NCBI GenBank assembly: GCA_000432895.1 | Contig: FR889447.1 | Span: 20,182-84,181, forward strand | Reading direction: 5' to 3' | From: Firmicutes bacterium CAG:449 | Lineage (GTDB): Bacteria > Bacillota_I > Bacilli_A > RFN20 > CAG-449 | Length of the DNA: 64,000 bases | Made by a program: the position numbers and the translations under genes | The notes under the pieces: model-generated | Database searches by the model: none | Seen by the model: the letters and a program-made list of their open reading frames with translations, nothing else | What the model was told of the DNA's origin: nothing | Shown: positions 1-9,891 of the stretch, in pieces | Position numbering within the stretch: the first letter of the stretch is position 1 | How the letters are laid out: every line of letters begins with the position of its first letter

Positions 1-553
1 CACCTATACCACACCAAATACAAAGTAAACCAACCATAAACCAAGCTGCATTTACTTCTCCAAACCAGTCAATATTTAAATTAAATAAATTATTAATAAA
101 TCCATTTTGATAACTAAACATCTTTAATAAAATTAAACCAGTTGCTGTTAAAGGAAAAATACCTGGTAAATAAATAGCCGCTCTAAAAAATTTATATCCT
201 GGTGGTTTTATATTGATTAATAAAGCCAAACCTAAAGGAATTAAAATTGATAAAGGTACAATTATTAAATCAAATTTAATAGTTGTCCAAACGCTACTCC
301 AAAAATCACGAGCTAAAATAGTATCTGAAAATAGTTTTTCATAATTACTAAAACCTACAAATTGACTAGGATAAATAGATGTTCCATCAAAAGAACATAA
401 AGACATTATGACTCCAAAAATTAAAGGAAAAACAAAGAAGAGAATAAAGCAAATTCCATATGGTCCTAAAAAGATTCCAACCGAAGAAGCATTTCTTAAC
501 GAATTCTTCTTTTTTTCTTTTTTTGAAGCATACTCAATTAAACTAACTTTCAT
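1..553 (-). CDS. Carbohydrate ABC transporter permease (MalF/UgpA-type), partial; N-terminus in window, gene continues past position 1
   Basis: Reverse-strand ATG at 553 translates to MKVSLIEYASKKEKKKNSLRNASSVGIFLGPYGICFILFFVFPLIFGV..., a typical N-terminus and TM1 of binding-protein-dependent sugar permeases. It lies directly downstream of the solute-binding protein gene. It is missing from the ORF track because it runs off the window edge. Confidence 0.6.
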   Translation of the reverse strand, partial: MKVSLIEYASKKEKKKNSLRNASSVGIFLGPYGICFILFFVFPLIFGVIMSLCSFDGTSIYPSQFVGFSNYEKLFSDTILARDFWSSVWTTIKFDLIIVPLSILIPLGLALLINIKPPGYKFFRAAIYLPGIFPLTATGLILLKMFSYQNGFINNLFNLNIDWFGEVNAAWFMVGLLCIWCGIG

Positions 554-555
554 AA

Positions 556-2040
556 TTAAGCAAATAATTCAATATATTTTAAGCAATCTTCATATTGCTT
601 TTTCATAATTTCATCAACAGATTGATTTTTAAATTGAGAAGAAACAACTTTTTGTAAGCCTTCTTTAAAATAGGAATCAACATAAGAATAATTTTTAGTA
701 GGTTGAACAACTACATAGTCATTTGCACTTCCCCAATATTTAATATATTGTTCATATGCTGGATCAGAAGTATATTCTTCTGCTAAACTCACTGATTGAG
801 CCGCTGGAATATGTCCTCTTTTTGCCCAATTAATTCCTCCATAATATGCCATATATTCCATAAAGACAGTTGCTGCGCATGCTTTAGTAGTTGAATTGAC
901 AGTATTAAGCATCATGATAGCATGACCTTCACCTTTAATTTTAGAAGCATATTCTTTACTAGTATCTAAAGCAAGCATATTTGATAAGCTTCTAGTAGTA
1001 ATATTATTGGCCCCACCATCTTTAGCTAAAGTTCTTTCAAAATCTGCAATATCTTTAGCATATGACCAAGGTCCTTGTAATTTAAATATAGCATTTCCAT
1101 TTTTAAAAGGGGCATCACCAACATCATAAGAAGATCCATAATCTTTTGATAATGCTACTTTATTTTTACTTGTTGAAGAAGGAAAAATCCAATCTCTTAA
1201 AAGTTGTAAACCTCTATTAGTTTCATTACTATACCAAGAAGGTAGTTCATTTTCTTCATTAACAATACTTCCACCATTTTGAATAGAAGCAGTATAACCA
1301 AAATATTCATGAACCCACATATCACCAAAAGAAATAGGGAAAGGAGTATAATCTTCTGCATTAGAAGCAAGTCTCCATTCAGTAGAAGATGTACCAGTTG
1401 AATTTTCACCTCTAATCCATAATTTATTATTTTTAGCAAGTTCAGTTGCTTTTTGACATACTTCAACTAATTCAGCATAATTAGAAGGAATTGATAAATT
1501 ATTTTTTTCTAATATATCCACTCTTATTTCTATCATTGCACTATGAACATCAATTGGCATACCATATAATTCACCATTAATTTTTACTGAATTTAATAAA
1601 GATGGAGCAAAATCATTAATATCATAATTAACCCCTGATTTTTCAAAATATGTATAACATGGAATTAACCAATTTCTTGCTTTATATTCAGCAGCTCTAC
1701 TACCATGATTAAACATTAAATCTGGTGCATTTTCCTTATCAAATTGCATTGTAGTATTTAATAATTGTTCTAAGTCATAACGAGAATGATGTTGTACTTC
1801 TACTTCAATCAATCCTTTATACATATTATTAAAATCAGCAATAATTGAATCCTGAGTTTGTGCATCATCACCAGTAGTAACTGACCACATTTTTAATTTT
1901 ACATTGTTATAAACAATATTTCCATTTTCATCTCTAACAAGATCTCCATCATCATTTGGATTAAGAGATGAAGTATTGCTTCCTCCACATGCAAAAAGTG
2001 GTAAAACCATTAAAGCAGTTAATAATAATCTTTTTTTCAT
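556..2040 (-). CDS. Extracellular solute-binding lipoprotein of a sugar ABC transporter (family 1 SBP)
   Basis: 494 aa. Signal peptide with lipobox LPLFAC-GG. Length and composition are typical of oligosaccharide-binding proteins. Co-oriented with the permease and the GH43 genes. Confidence 0.75.
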   Translation of the reverse strand: MKKRLLLTALMVLPLFACGGSNTSSLNPNDDGDLVRDENGNIVYNNVKLKMWSVTTGDDAQTQDSIIADFNNMYKGLIEVEVQHHSRYDLEQLLNTTMQFDKENAPDLMFNHGSRAAEYKARNWLIPCYTYFEKSGVNYDINDFAPSLLNSVKINGELYGMPIDVHSAMIEIRVDILEKNNLSIPSNYAELVEVCQKATELAKNNKLWIRGENSTGTSSTEWRLASNAEDYTPFPISFGDMWVHEYFGYTASIQNGGSIVNEENELPSWYSNETNRGLQLLRDWIFPSSTSKNKVALSKDYGSSYDVGDAPFKNGNAIFKLQGPWSYAKDIADFERTLAKDGGANNITTRSLSNMLALDTSKEYASKIKGEGHAIMMLNTVNSTTKACAATVFMEYMAYYGGINWAKRGHIPAAQSVSLAEEYTSDPAYEQYIKYWGSANDYVVVQPTKNYSYVDSYFKEGLQKVVSSQFKNQSVDEIMKKQYEDCLKYIELFA

Positions 2041-2049
2041 AAACTCCTC

Positions 2050-3204
2050 CTAAAAATCTATTACCAATGGTCCAATTTTATCTTGATGAATTGAAGCTTT
2101 TTTATTTTCAACATAAGGCATATCATTTTCATCAAAATAAAGTTTATCCATAAAAATTGTTCTTTCATTTGGGTATTCACCATTTACATCAAATCCATGA
2201 TAGAATAACCAAAATTCCCCTTCATAATCCTCTACAACAGTGTTATGTCCAACTCCAGCTACTTCTTCACTTGGTCCAACAACTAAATCACCATAACTTC
2301 CTGTTTCATCAGTTAAAGTTTTTCCATCAGATCCATAATATTTTCCAAGTAATTTATTAGCTTTACCTGCTTTTACTCGATAAGTAGAGTTAACTCCATC
2401 ACAACACGTTCCTTGAGAACCAAAATAATAATAACTATCATTTCTTTTAATAATATAAGAACCTTCATAATTAATATTAATATCCATTTGACCATTTGAA
2501 TTATCATCAATAATCCAATATAAATGATCTTTTATATTATTAATTCCCCAAAATACTTCTGTACCATCATCAGTTAATTCAACTGCACCAATTCCATAAA
2601 AAGAGCCCCATATCAAATATAATTTTCCATCTTCATCATATATTGGTTGAGGATCAATCGAGTTTTTAACTCCTGATAGATTTGAATCTAATACTTTACC
2701 ATAATGAGTCCAAGGTCCATATGGTGTTAGTGAAGTAGCAACTCCAATTCCTGGATTAGAATCTCCCCATAAAGATAAAGAATAGTAATAGTTATAATGA
2801 TTACCTACTTTAATTACCGATGGTGCCCATACTCCAGCATCTTTATCACCCCAATTTAAAGCTTGAGGATGTCCATCAAACACACTCCCTACCCAAGTCC
2901 AATTAATTAAATCTTTACTTTGAAATATTGGTCCACGATCATATTGCATTCCTTTATTTCCCATTTCACAATAAGTATTTGTACAATACATGTAGAAATA
3001 ACCATCATCAGCTTTTAAGACATCAGGATCAGCAGCGGTTACAAAGTATTTAGACCCATCTTGCTTATAAAAATTTAAAGGATTTTGATACGTTTTATTA
3101 ATATAATTAACTCTACTTTCTGAAGAAGTAGATATTTGACTAGTATTAATAGAAGAACAAGAAGAAAAAATAAGTAAAGGTAATAATAAAATCTTTTTTT
3201 TCAT
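2050..3204 (-). CDS. Glycoside hydrolase family 43 lipoprotein (arabinanase/xylosidase-like)
   Basis: Lipobox LLIFSSC. Motifs ADPDVLKADDGYFYMY, GVWAPSV and EGSYIIKRNDSYYYF match the GH43 five-bladed propeller catalytic Asp/Asp/Glu regions. Confidence 0.7.
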   Translation of the reverse strand: MKKKILLLPLLIFSSCSSINTSQISTSSESRVNYINKTYQNPLNFYKQDGSKYFVTAADPDVLKADDGYFYMYCTNTYCEMGNKGMQYDRGPIFQSKDLINWTWVGSVFDGHPQALNWGDKDAGVWAPSVIKVGNHYNYYYSLSLWGDSNPGIGVATSLTPYGPWTHYGKVLDSNLSGVKNSIDPQPIYDEDGKLYLIWGSFYGIGAVELTDDGTEVFWGINNIKDHLYWIIDDNSNGQMDININYEGSYIIKRNDSYYYFGSQGTCCDGVNSTYRVKAGKANKLLGKYYGSDGKTLTDETGSYGDLVVGPSEEVAGVGHNTVVEDYEGEFWLFYHGFDVNGEYPNERTIFMDKLYFDENDMPYVENKKASIHQDKIGPLVIDF

Positions 3205-3205
3205 A

Positions 3206-4381
3206 TTATTCCTCTAAACTCTTTATATAAGGTCCATCTTTGATTTCTTCGTTAGAGGCCTTTTTATTTTCTACACAAGGCATATTAGTTTCATTATCAA
3301 AAATAAGTTGATCTAAATATAAAACTCGATAAGATGGATTTTTTCCTTTTGTATTATATCCATGATATAACATCCATAAATTATCATTATCATCATTGAT
3401 AACTGCACAATGTCCTGTTCCCATTGCACCAGATAAAGAAGGAACAACTACTGGATCACCTCTATTAGGTTTAAACATATCTCTTCCTTGACTATCTAAA
3501 TATGGACCTTTAACATTTCTACTTCTACTTACCACAACTTTATAAGTTGAGTTGACGCCATTACAACAACTGCCAGTAGATAACAATAAATAATACCAAC
3601 CATCTTTTTTAAAAATGAAAGTACCTTCATAATTAGTCATATCAAAAACTTCAAATCCCGCTAAAGCAACTTTATTTTCTTTTTGATATTCTAATCCATT
3701 TTTTAATTCTAAACCATCATTAGTAAGTTCAACTAAACTAATAAGTCCTCCATAAGAACCAAAAGCCATATAAACATTATTGTCATCGACAAAAACAAAA
3801 GGATCAATAGAATTTGTAACACCTATTTCATTAGAATTAAATAACTTGCCATAATGAGTCCAAGGTCCATATGGAGTTTGTGAAGTAGCTACTCCAATTC
3901 CTGGATTAGGATCACTAGCAATTGATAAAGAATAATAAAAATTCCAAGTATCGCCTATTTTAATAACAGTTGGTGCCCATACTCCTGCTCCTGATTCCCC
4001 CCAAGTAGGAACATAATCAGCAAAAACATCACTAACATAAGTCCAATCAATCATATTAGTAGATTTAAATGTTGGTCCTCTTTTAAATAATAAATTAGGA
4101 GTATATACCTCTGTTTGAGTGCAATACATATAATAAGTTCCATCATCATCTCTAACCACAAATGGATCAGCCATATAAGTTTCTTTTTTTTCATTATTTG
4201 CTAAAGGATAAGTTGGATTTGAATATTGATTATGATAGCTAACTCTTACTTCAGTTATTGGTAAAGAAGATGGTTGTACACTATTATTGCTAGTTGTATT
4301 TCCACATGAAAACAAAGAAAAAATTGCAATAGAACTTAATGTGATTTTTGAAAGTATCTTTTTATAAAAATCATCTTTCAT
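3206..4381 (-). CDS. Glycoside hydrolase family 43 lipoprotein, paralogue of the neighbour
   Basis: Lipobox SLFSC-GN. Motifs ADPFVVRDDDGTYYMY, GVWAPTV and EGTFIFKKDGWYYL. AGGAGG RBS upstream of the ATG at 4381. Confidence 0.7.
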   Translation of the reverse strand: MKDDFYKKILSKITLSSIAIFSLFSCGNTTSNNSVQPSSLPITEVRVSYHNQYSNPTYPLANNEKKETYMADPFVVRDDDGTYYMYCTQTEVYTPNLLFKRGPTFKSTNMIDWTYVSDVFADYVPTWGESGAGVWAPTVIKIGDTWNFYYSLSIASDPNPGIGVATSQTPYGPWTHYGKLFNSNEIGVTNSIDPFVFVDDNNVYMAFGSYGGLISLVELTNDGLELKNGLEYQKENKVALAGFEVFDMTNYEGTFIFKKDGWYYLLLSTGSCCNGVNSTYKVVVSRSRNVKGPYLDSQGRDMFKPNRGDPVVVPSLSGAMGTGHCAVINDDNDNLWMLYHGYNTKGKNPSYRVLYLDQLIFDNETNMPCVENKKASNEEIKDGPYIKSLEE

Positions 4382-4410
4382 AAAATTATTATCCTCCTGT
4401 AATCGCTTTC

Positions 4411-4439
4411 ATTATAACATTACTATATCGTTATAGCAA
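4411..4439 (-). promoter_or_regulatory. Candidate sigma-A promoter of the GH43-SBP-permease operon (-35 TTGCTA, 17-nt spacer, -10 TATAAT on the minus strand); the spacer contains the palindrome CTATAtcgtTATAG
   Basis: Reverse complement of 4434-4439 is TTGCTA and of 4411-4416 is TATAAT, with a 17-nt spacer. Located about 25 nt upstream of the RBS and ATG of the first GH43 gene. Confidence 0.45.
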
Positions 4440-4718
4440 GAGCCAAAATTAAATATTTTTTTGTTCTTATCTAAGCAATTACCACAATAATATATGTTAT
4501 CGAATTCTTAAGTATTATTTTTTTATAAGCTACTTTAGCATAATCACAAACAATTTTATAATTTAATTCATCAACTAGTTTTTGTAATTTTATATACCAT
4601 TCAATATTTTTAAAATCTTTTTCTTAATTATCACAATATAATGATATTGTTTTAATTAATTATCATTCATAAACTATCCCTTTGATAAAATAATTTTTTC
4701 TTATATACTTTATTTCAC

Positions 4719-4774
4719 AAAAAAAAGAGCTGAAATGCAGTAATTTAAGTTTTTTAACTACATAATACAGCTCT
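4719..4774 (-). terminator. Probable intrinsic terminator downstream of dnaN
   Basis: Inverted repeat AGAGCTG (4726-4732) / CAGCTCT (4768-4774) with an A8 run on the plus strand, which is a U-run after the stem on the minus-strand transcript. The loop is long and itself structured. Confidence 0.4.
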
Positions 4775-4790
4775 TAATTTAAATAGTATA

Positions 4791-5912
4791 TTAATAATAA
4801 GATCTTACTGGAGTAACAATTTGAACAATTGATTCATCATCTAATGAAGATACTTTAAATGCTGACATTTCACCAACAAATGATAAAACAACATCTTCAC
4901 TTTGAGCAGCTTTAATTGCATCTATAACATAATTAACATTAAAGGAAATTTCAAATCTATCACCTGTATATCTAAAATCTTCAATTGTTTCAATAGCTGA
5001 TCCAATTTGTTCAGATTTAGAAGAGATTTCTAATTTATCACTAGAAACTGCTAATTTAACAATATTTTCTCTTTCAATAGCAAGTAAAGAAACTCTTTCC
5101 ATAGCAGCGACAAAATTATTTGAATTAACTTGTAAAACATAAGGATAGTTTGAAGGGAACATATTAGAAATTTTTGGGAAATCTCCAGAAATTAATCTTG
5201 AATAAATATTTGTATCTTTATAAGAGAAAACAGCTTTAGTTTCTGAAATAGTCATGACAACTTCACCATCTTCAACTAATTTTGAAACTTCAATTAAAGT
5301 TTTTACAGGAATGTTTGCTAAGAAATGAACATCTTGATTGATGTAATATGTTTTCTTTGCTAAACGATAGCTATCTGTTGCAACAAATTCAATTTCATTA
5401 CCATTTCCTTTAGCGTTAATAGCTGTTAAAACTGGTCTAACTTCTTTAGTAGATGCTGCAAAAGCTGTTTGAGAAACAATTTTCTTTAAATCTTCTGCTA
5501 AGAAAACAATTTCTTCTCCTTGTTTTTCTAAATCTAAATCAGGATATTCGTATGCTCTAATAGAATTTAATTTGAACTCAGATTTATTATCAGAAATTCT
5601 AGCAATTACTTCATCAATAATTTCTAAAGTTACAATGTCTGATTCTAATTTCTTTACGATTTCAAGAAGGAATCTAGCAGAGATTAATGTTTCACCTTCT
5701 TCATAATCTGTAATTAAATTTTTTCCATTTTCTTCAATTGGACATGTTGAAGAAATAGTTAATTCTCCATTGCTACCTAAAACTTGTAATTCATTAGATT
5801 TCATGACAAGTTTGAAATTTAAATAAGCAGGTGTTGGTGACTTTGGAACAATCGCAATATTTACAATATTTAAGATTTTTAAGAAGCGTTGTCTATTGAT
5901 TGTAAGTTTCAT
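4791..5912 (-). CDS. dnaN: DNA polymerase III beta sliding clamp
   Basis: 373 aa with the three-domain clamp architecture (MKLTINRQRFLKIL...). Located immediately downstream of dnaA. Confidence 0.95.
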   Translation of the reverse strand: MKLTINRQRFLKILNIVNIAIVPKSPTPAYLNFKLVMKSNELQVLGSNGELTISSTCPIEENGKNLITDYEEGETLISARFLLEIVKKLESDIVTLEIIDEVIARISDNKSEFKLNSIRAYEYPDLDLEKQGEEIVFLAEDLKKIVSQTAFAASTKEVRPVLTAINAKGNGNEIEFVATDSYRLAKKTYYINQDVHFLANIPVKTLIEVSKLVEDGEVVMTISETKAVFSYKDTNIYSRLISGDFPKISNMFPSNYPYVLQVNSNNFVAAMERVSLLAIERENIVKLAVSSDKLEISSKSEQIGSAIETIEDFRYTGDRFEISFNVNYVIDAIKAAQSEDVVLSFVGEMSAFKVSSLDDESIVQIVTPVRSYY

Positions 5913-5970
5913 AATTTTTCTCCTTTTATATTTTTATTTTTATATATTTATATTTAATAATAATAAAGAA

Positions 5971-5988
5971 TGTGGATAATGTGGATAA
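5971..5988. promoter_or_regulatory. Two tandem consensus DnaA boxes (TGTGGATAA x2) in the dnaA-dnaN intergenic region
   Basis: The sequence tgtggataatgtggataag contains two perfect 9-mers in head-to-tail arrangement. Confidence 0.8.
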
Positions 5989-6052
5989 GTACTAATTACA
6001 TTCTTTTTTATCAAAAATATTATATCATATATATGCTCATAAAACTATTTAA

Positions 6053-7432
6053 TTAAGCTTTTTTTAAGGCTTTTTTGATATCATTTACTGCATTTGCAAG
6101 TTGCAAATTTGTCTTAATTTCTGTCCCCACTTTATCCACACCGGTAATAACAGTTGAATGGTCTCGATGGAAAATTTGGCCTATTTTTTTATAAGGTGAA
6201 TTTAATAACAATCGGCATTCATACATTGCAATTCTTCTTGCTAGAGCAATTTGAGCATTTCTAACTGGTGAAAGAATTTGATCTGTTGATAAATGATAAT
6301 AAGAAGCAACTTCATTAATAATATCTTCTTCAGTTATTACTCTTTTTTTATCAGATTTAGGAATCATGATGCTTAAAGCATCTTGAATATCACTAAGAGT
6401 CACTTTTTGGGAACTATTAATAGTGACAGTATGGAATAATAATCTATTTAAAGCTCCTTCAAGTTCACGAACATTTTTTGAAAAGGTTTCCGCTAAAAAC
6501 AAAAGACCATCTTCATCATAATTACTCAATTTTAGACCTCTTGCAATGATTTTTCTTTTTAAAATTTCTAAAGCTGTTTCAGTATCTGGATTTTTTATAG
6601 AAACACATAATCCCATTATAAATCTAGAAACAAGTCGTTCTTCTAATCCTTTTAAATCACGTGGATGTCTATCTGAAGTTAAAACAATTTGCTTTCCTTT
6701 ATTTACTAATTTAGTAAATATATTAAAAAATTGTTCACTAGTTTTTTCTTTATTTGATAAAAATTGAATATCATCAACAAGTAATAAATCTACTTTATCA
6801 AAATATGCATAGAAATTTTGTTGGTCTTGATAGCCTCTAACATAATTAACAAAGGCTTCTAGAAAAGTATCAGTAGAAATATACATGATATTTGCTTCAG
6901 GATGCTTCTCTTGATAATAATTTCCAATTGCATGTAGTAAATGAGTTTTTCCAAGCCCAGAATGAGAATAAATAAAAAGTGGATTATAAGTTAAAGAAGA
7001 ATCATCACTAACAATTAAAGCGGCAGTCAAAGCCTCTTTATTACATTCACCTTGCACAAAATTATCGAAAGTATATTTTTTATTTAATTGACAATTTGGA
7101 AATAAATTAAATTCTTTTTTTACAGATTCAATGTCTACTTGAGCAGGTTGAATTTCAGCAACTTCGTTTGCAAGAACAAAATTTAAAGTATATTTAGTTT
7201 CTGTAATGTCATTAATAGCGCTTTTTAAAAGTTCACAATGATCATTTGAGGAAAAATACGCCTTAACTAAAGGAGAAGGAGTTAAAATATCCATTTTATT
7301 ATTATCTAAATTAATAAGTTTTAAATCAGAATAAAAAATAGAAAAGGTATGTTGATCTTTTGAAAGATTTTTTTCAACATTGCTCAAAACTTTATTCCAA
7401 AGATTTTTTTGTTTGGTAATTGTTACTGGCAT
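6053..7432 (-). CDS. dnaA: Chromosomal replication initiator protein DnaA
   Basis: 459 aa. AAA+ Walker A GLGKTHLLHAIGN. Sensor and C-terminal DnaA-box-binding HTH domain. AGGAGG RBS. Confidence 0.97.
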   Translation of the reverse strand: MPVTITKQKNLWNKVLSNVEKNLSKDQHTFSIFYSDLKLINLDNNKMDILTPSPLVKAYFSSNDHCELLKSAINDITETKYTLNFVLANEVAEIQPAQVDIESVKKEFNLFPNCQLNKKYTFDNFVQGECNKEALTAALIVSDDSSLTYNPLFIYSHSGLGKTHLLHAIGNYYQEKHPEANIMYISTDTFLEAFVNYVRGYQDQQNFYAYFDKVDLLLVDDIQFLSNKEKTSEQFFNIFTKLVNKGKQIVLTSDRHPRDLKGLEERLVSRFIMGLCVSIKNPDTETALEILKRKIIARGLKLSNYDEDGLLFLAETFSKNVRELEGALNRLLFHTVTINSSQKVTLSDIQDALSIMIPKSDKKRVITEEDIINEVASYYHLSTDQILSPVRNAQIALARRIAMYECRLLLNSPYKKIGQIFHRDHSTVITGVDKVGTEIKTNLQLANAVNDIKKALKKA

Positions 7433-7974
7433 AGTTTTGCCTCCTGCATAGCATTAAAATAATAGCATAATTTTTTGTAAATGAAACAAATAAAAGTGGA
7501 AAAAATATTTATCCACAAAAAAAGATAAAAAAACAGCGAAAAAATAGGGATTTTTTTAGTTATCCACATTTTATAATGTTGATAAGTGGTGTTTATAACA
7601 AATGTGGATAAATTGATGTGGAAAATGTGGAAAATTTAAAACAAAAATTTAATAATTGTTTATAATTAATGCCTAAAAATAGGTATTTTATTAAATTTAT
7701 CCACAAAATAAAATCATTATTAACATCTTAATTTTTATGTGGAAAAAATGTTAAAAATTGAAAATAAAGCAAAAAATAAATTGAATAAAATTATTAAAAA
7801 ATTCATTTTTACATGTAAATACTATATTAATTAAAAAAATGCAAGTAAATTAATGAAAATTTATAATTTTTTTTGCTAAAAATTTTTTTATTTAAATTCC
7901 TGCTTTTCGTTGACTTATTATTTATATATATATATAATCATAACGTATGTTAGTATCTATCGGAGGTGTATCAA
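7433..7974. other. oriC region: DnaA-box cluster plus AT-rich unwinding region between dnaA and rpmH
   Basis: Consensus TTATCCACA/TGTGGATAA boxes at 7509-7517, 7560-7568, 7603-7611 and 7697-7705. Degenerate TGTGGAAAA boxes at 7617-7634 and 7738-7746. Extremely AT-rich 7740-7960, including a (TA)n tract at 7921-7938. Confidence 0.8.
7910..7938 (+). promoter_or_regulatory. Consensus sigma-A promoter of rpmH (-35 TTGACT, 17-nt spacer, -10 TATAAT)
   Basis: TTGACT at 7910-7915 and TATAAT at 7933-7938, with an exactly 17-nt spacer. About 36 nt upstream of the rpmH ATG. GGAGG RBS at 7962-7966. Confidence 0.65.
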
Positions 7975-8109
7975 ATGAAAAGAACGTATCAACCAAGTAA
8001 AAGAAAACACACATCCGTAAATGGTTTCCGTGCAAGAATGGCAACCCCAAACGGTCGTAAAGTGTTAGCAAGAAGAAGATTAAAAGGAAGAAAAGTCCTT
8101 TCTGCTTAA
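7975..8109 (+). CDS. rpmH: 50S ribosomal protein L34
   Basis: Translates to [44 protein letters not shown], the canonical L34 sequence. Not in the ORF track because it is short. Confidence 0.95.
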   Translation: MKRTYQPSKRKHTSVNGFRARMATPNGRKVLARRRLKGRKVLSA

Positions 8110-8126
8110 TTCTTAATTACTTATTA

Positions 8127-8156
8127 AACCACTAGGGGAATCTCTAGTGGTTTTTA
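8127..8156 (+). terminator. Intrinsic terminator / attenuator between rpmH and rnpA
   Basis: Stem AACCACTAG / CTAGTGGTT with an 8-nt loop, followed by TTTTT. Confidence 0.7.
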
Positions 8157-8171
8157 AAAAGTTGGAGAAAT

Positions 8172-8507
8172 ATGCTAAAAAAAGAAGAAAGAGTAAAATC
8201 TAAAGAAGACTTTCAATTAGTTATTTCTAAAAAAAATAAAAAGTTTTCTGATTATTTTATTATATATTCTTTAAAAAGAGAAGAATATAATTATCCTAGG
8301 TTTGGAATTTCTGCATCAAAAAAATTAGGTGATGCAGTTAAAAGAGTAAAGATACGTCGACAAGTTAGAGCGATGATACACCAAATAAAATCTAACTCTT
8401 ATGTAAAACCGAAAGATTATGTGATTATTGTAAGAAATAAATTCTTAAATAATAATTATGAAACTAATTTACAAGCTTTAAAAAAGTTGATTATGGAGGA
8501 CAACTGA
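8172..8507 (+). CDS. rnpA: Ribonuclease P protein component
   Basis: 111 aa basic protein. KLGDAVKRVKIRRQVRA RNR-like motif. Conserved rpmH-rnpA-yidC order. Confidence 0.9.
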   Translation: MLKKEERVKSKEDFQLVISKKNKKFSDYFIIYSLKREEYNYPRFGISASKKLGDAVKRVKIRRQVRAMIHQIKSNSYVKPKDYVIIVRNKFLNNNYETNLQALKKLIMEDN

Positions 8508-9880
8508 TGAAAAAAAATCTTTTCAAGGTTGGTTTATTATTCTTAGGAGCTTTAGTTTTAACTGGATGTACAAAATCATTCAGTACAGTTCAAGATAAAG
8601 CAAATATGATGATAGTATATGAGAATACTAAAGTCGATGATAAAACAACAATGGAAACAATAATATCAAGTGTTAAAGATAAAGGATATTATGTTCCAAG
8701 TGAAAATTATTTTAATTATGTTGAAGAAAAAATAGTAGACAATGTTAAAACAAATTATGCTTCTGCGACATTAAATGGAATTGCTTATAGTGATATTAGT
8801 AAAGAAAGTTTATTAACTGCAGGTGAAACAAGAACTAATTTTGTTAAATCTAATGAATATGCAATAATAAAATATGCTAAAGAGAAAACTAATTCATTAG
8901 ATGATTTATGGTATAACTATGATTTATGGAGAAGTGAAGCTTTAAAAGATGGATTAACATTAGAAGATGTTGGTTCAAATTATTTCTTTAATGAAATGAA
9001 AACTTCATTTAATAATTATGCAAATACAATTACTGCAACTATTACACCAGTTGATGGAGTATTTGATGGATTAAAATTACAAGGTAAAGGATGGGGTTAT
9101 ACATTTACTAATGTAGGTCTTATAGAAGGTTTACTTGTTTGGCCAATTGCTGCTCTATTATATTATTTTGCAATGGCATTTTCTTCTTTAGGAGTTGGTG
9201 GTATTGTCTTATCTATTCTTCTTGTTACTATTATTGTTAGAGGACTATTATTGTTATTGACATTTAAACAAACTGCTTCTCAACAAAAAATAACTGCTTT
9301 ACAACCACAAATTGCAAAACTTCAAGAAAAGTATCCTCACGCTGATACAAATCAATATGAAAAGCAAGCAATGGCACAAGAACAAATGGAACTATATAAA
9401 AAGAATAATGTAAATCCATTTAGTATGTTTATTGTTTTATTAGTCCAATTTCCTGTATTTATTGCTGTTTGGGGAGCTATGTCAGGTTCGGCAGTTTTAA
9501 GAGAAGGGGAACTTTGGGGATTAAGATTATCCGCAAATACCGGAAGTTCAATTATTCATTGGACTGGAACACCTTCTGTTGTTGCATTAGTAATTTTTAT
9601 TATAATGGCTATTGCTCAAGCTGTTAGTATGTTATTACCTCAATTTATACAAAAAAAGAAAACTGAAAAAGTGGCAAAATTAAATAAAAATCCTACTGCA
9701 GCAAAAACAAATAATCAAATGATGATTATGAATATTGTAATGTTAGTGATGATTATTTTCACAGGTACTCAATTACCAGTTGCTATGTCAATTTATTGGA
9801 TTATTACTGCATTAATTTCACTTGTTCAATCGCTTGTTATGGCACATATTACAAATAGAAAAGCAAAAAATTATAAATAG
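8507..9880 (+). CDS. yidC: Membrane protein insertase YidC/Oxa1 with N-terminal lipoprotein domain
   Basis: 457 aa. Lipobox LTGC. About 200-aa extracytoplasmic N-domain followed by the 5-TM YidC core (PQIAKLQEKY..., NPFSMFIVLLVQFPVFIAVW). Basic C-tail. Confidence 0.9.
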   Translation: MKKNLFKVGLLFLGALVLTGCTKSFSTVQDKANMMIVYENTKVDDKTTMETIISSVKDKGYYVPSENYFNYVEEKIVDNVKTNYASATLNGIAYSDISKESLLTAGETRTNFVKSNEYAIIKYAKEKTNSLDDLWYNYDLWRSEALKDGLTLEDVGSNYFFNEMKTSFNNYANTITATITPVDGVFDGLKLQGKGWGYTFTNVGLIEGLLVWPIAALLYYFAMAFSSLGVGGIVLSILLVTIIVRGLLLLLTFKQTASQQKITALQPQIAKLQEKYPHADTNQYEKQAMAQEQMELYKKNNVNPFSMFIVLLVQFPVFIAVWGAMSGSAVLREGELWGLRLSANTGSSIIHWTGTPSVVALVIFIIMAIAQAVSMLLPQFIQKKKTEKVAKLNKNPTAAKTNNQMMIMNIVMLVMIIFTGTQLPVAMSIYWIITALISLVQSLVMAHITNRKAKNYK

Positions 9881-9891
9881 AGGAGAAGAAT

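Noticed and set aside
408-608. 66-aa plus-strand ORF in the ORF track
   Set aside because: Lies antisense to the sugar permease and SBP genes. It is lysine-rich and low-complexity, with no RBS, so it is a shadow ORF.
1197-1466. 89-aa minus-strand ORF inside the SBP gene, and similar short internal or antisense ORFs (2157-2360, 6546-6767, 10343-10561, 14087-14317, 16200-16421, 27006-27203, 29721-29936, 30625-30819, 32774-32995, 35589-35780, 42724-42906, 43176-43409, 44247-44444, 48295-48588, 50427-50624, 53486-53710, 54772-55185, 56417-56704, 56906-57268, 59609-59791)
   Set aside because: All are nested in or antisense to long, well-supported genes. They have AT-rich codon-shadow composition and no RBS or homology signal.
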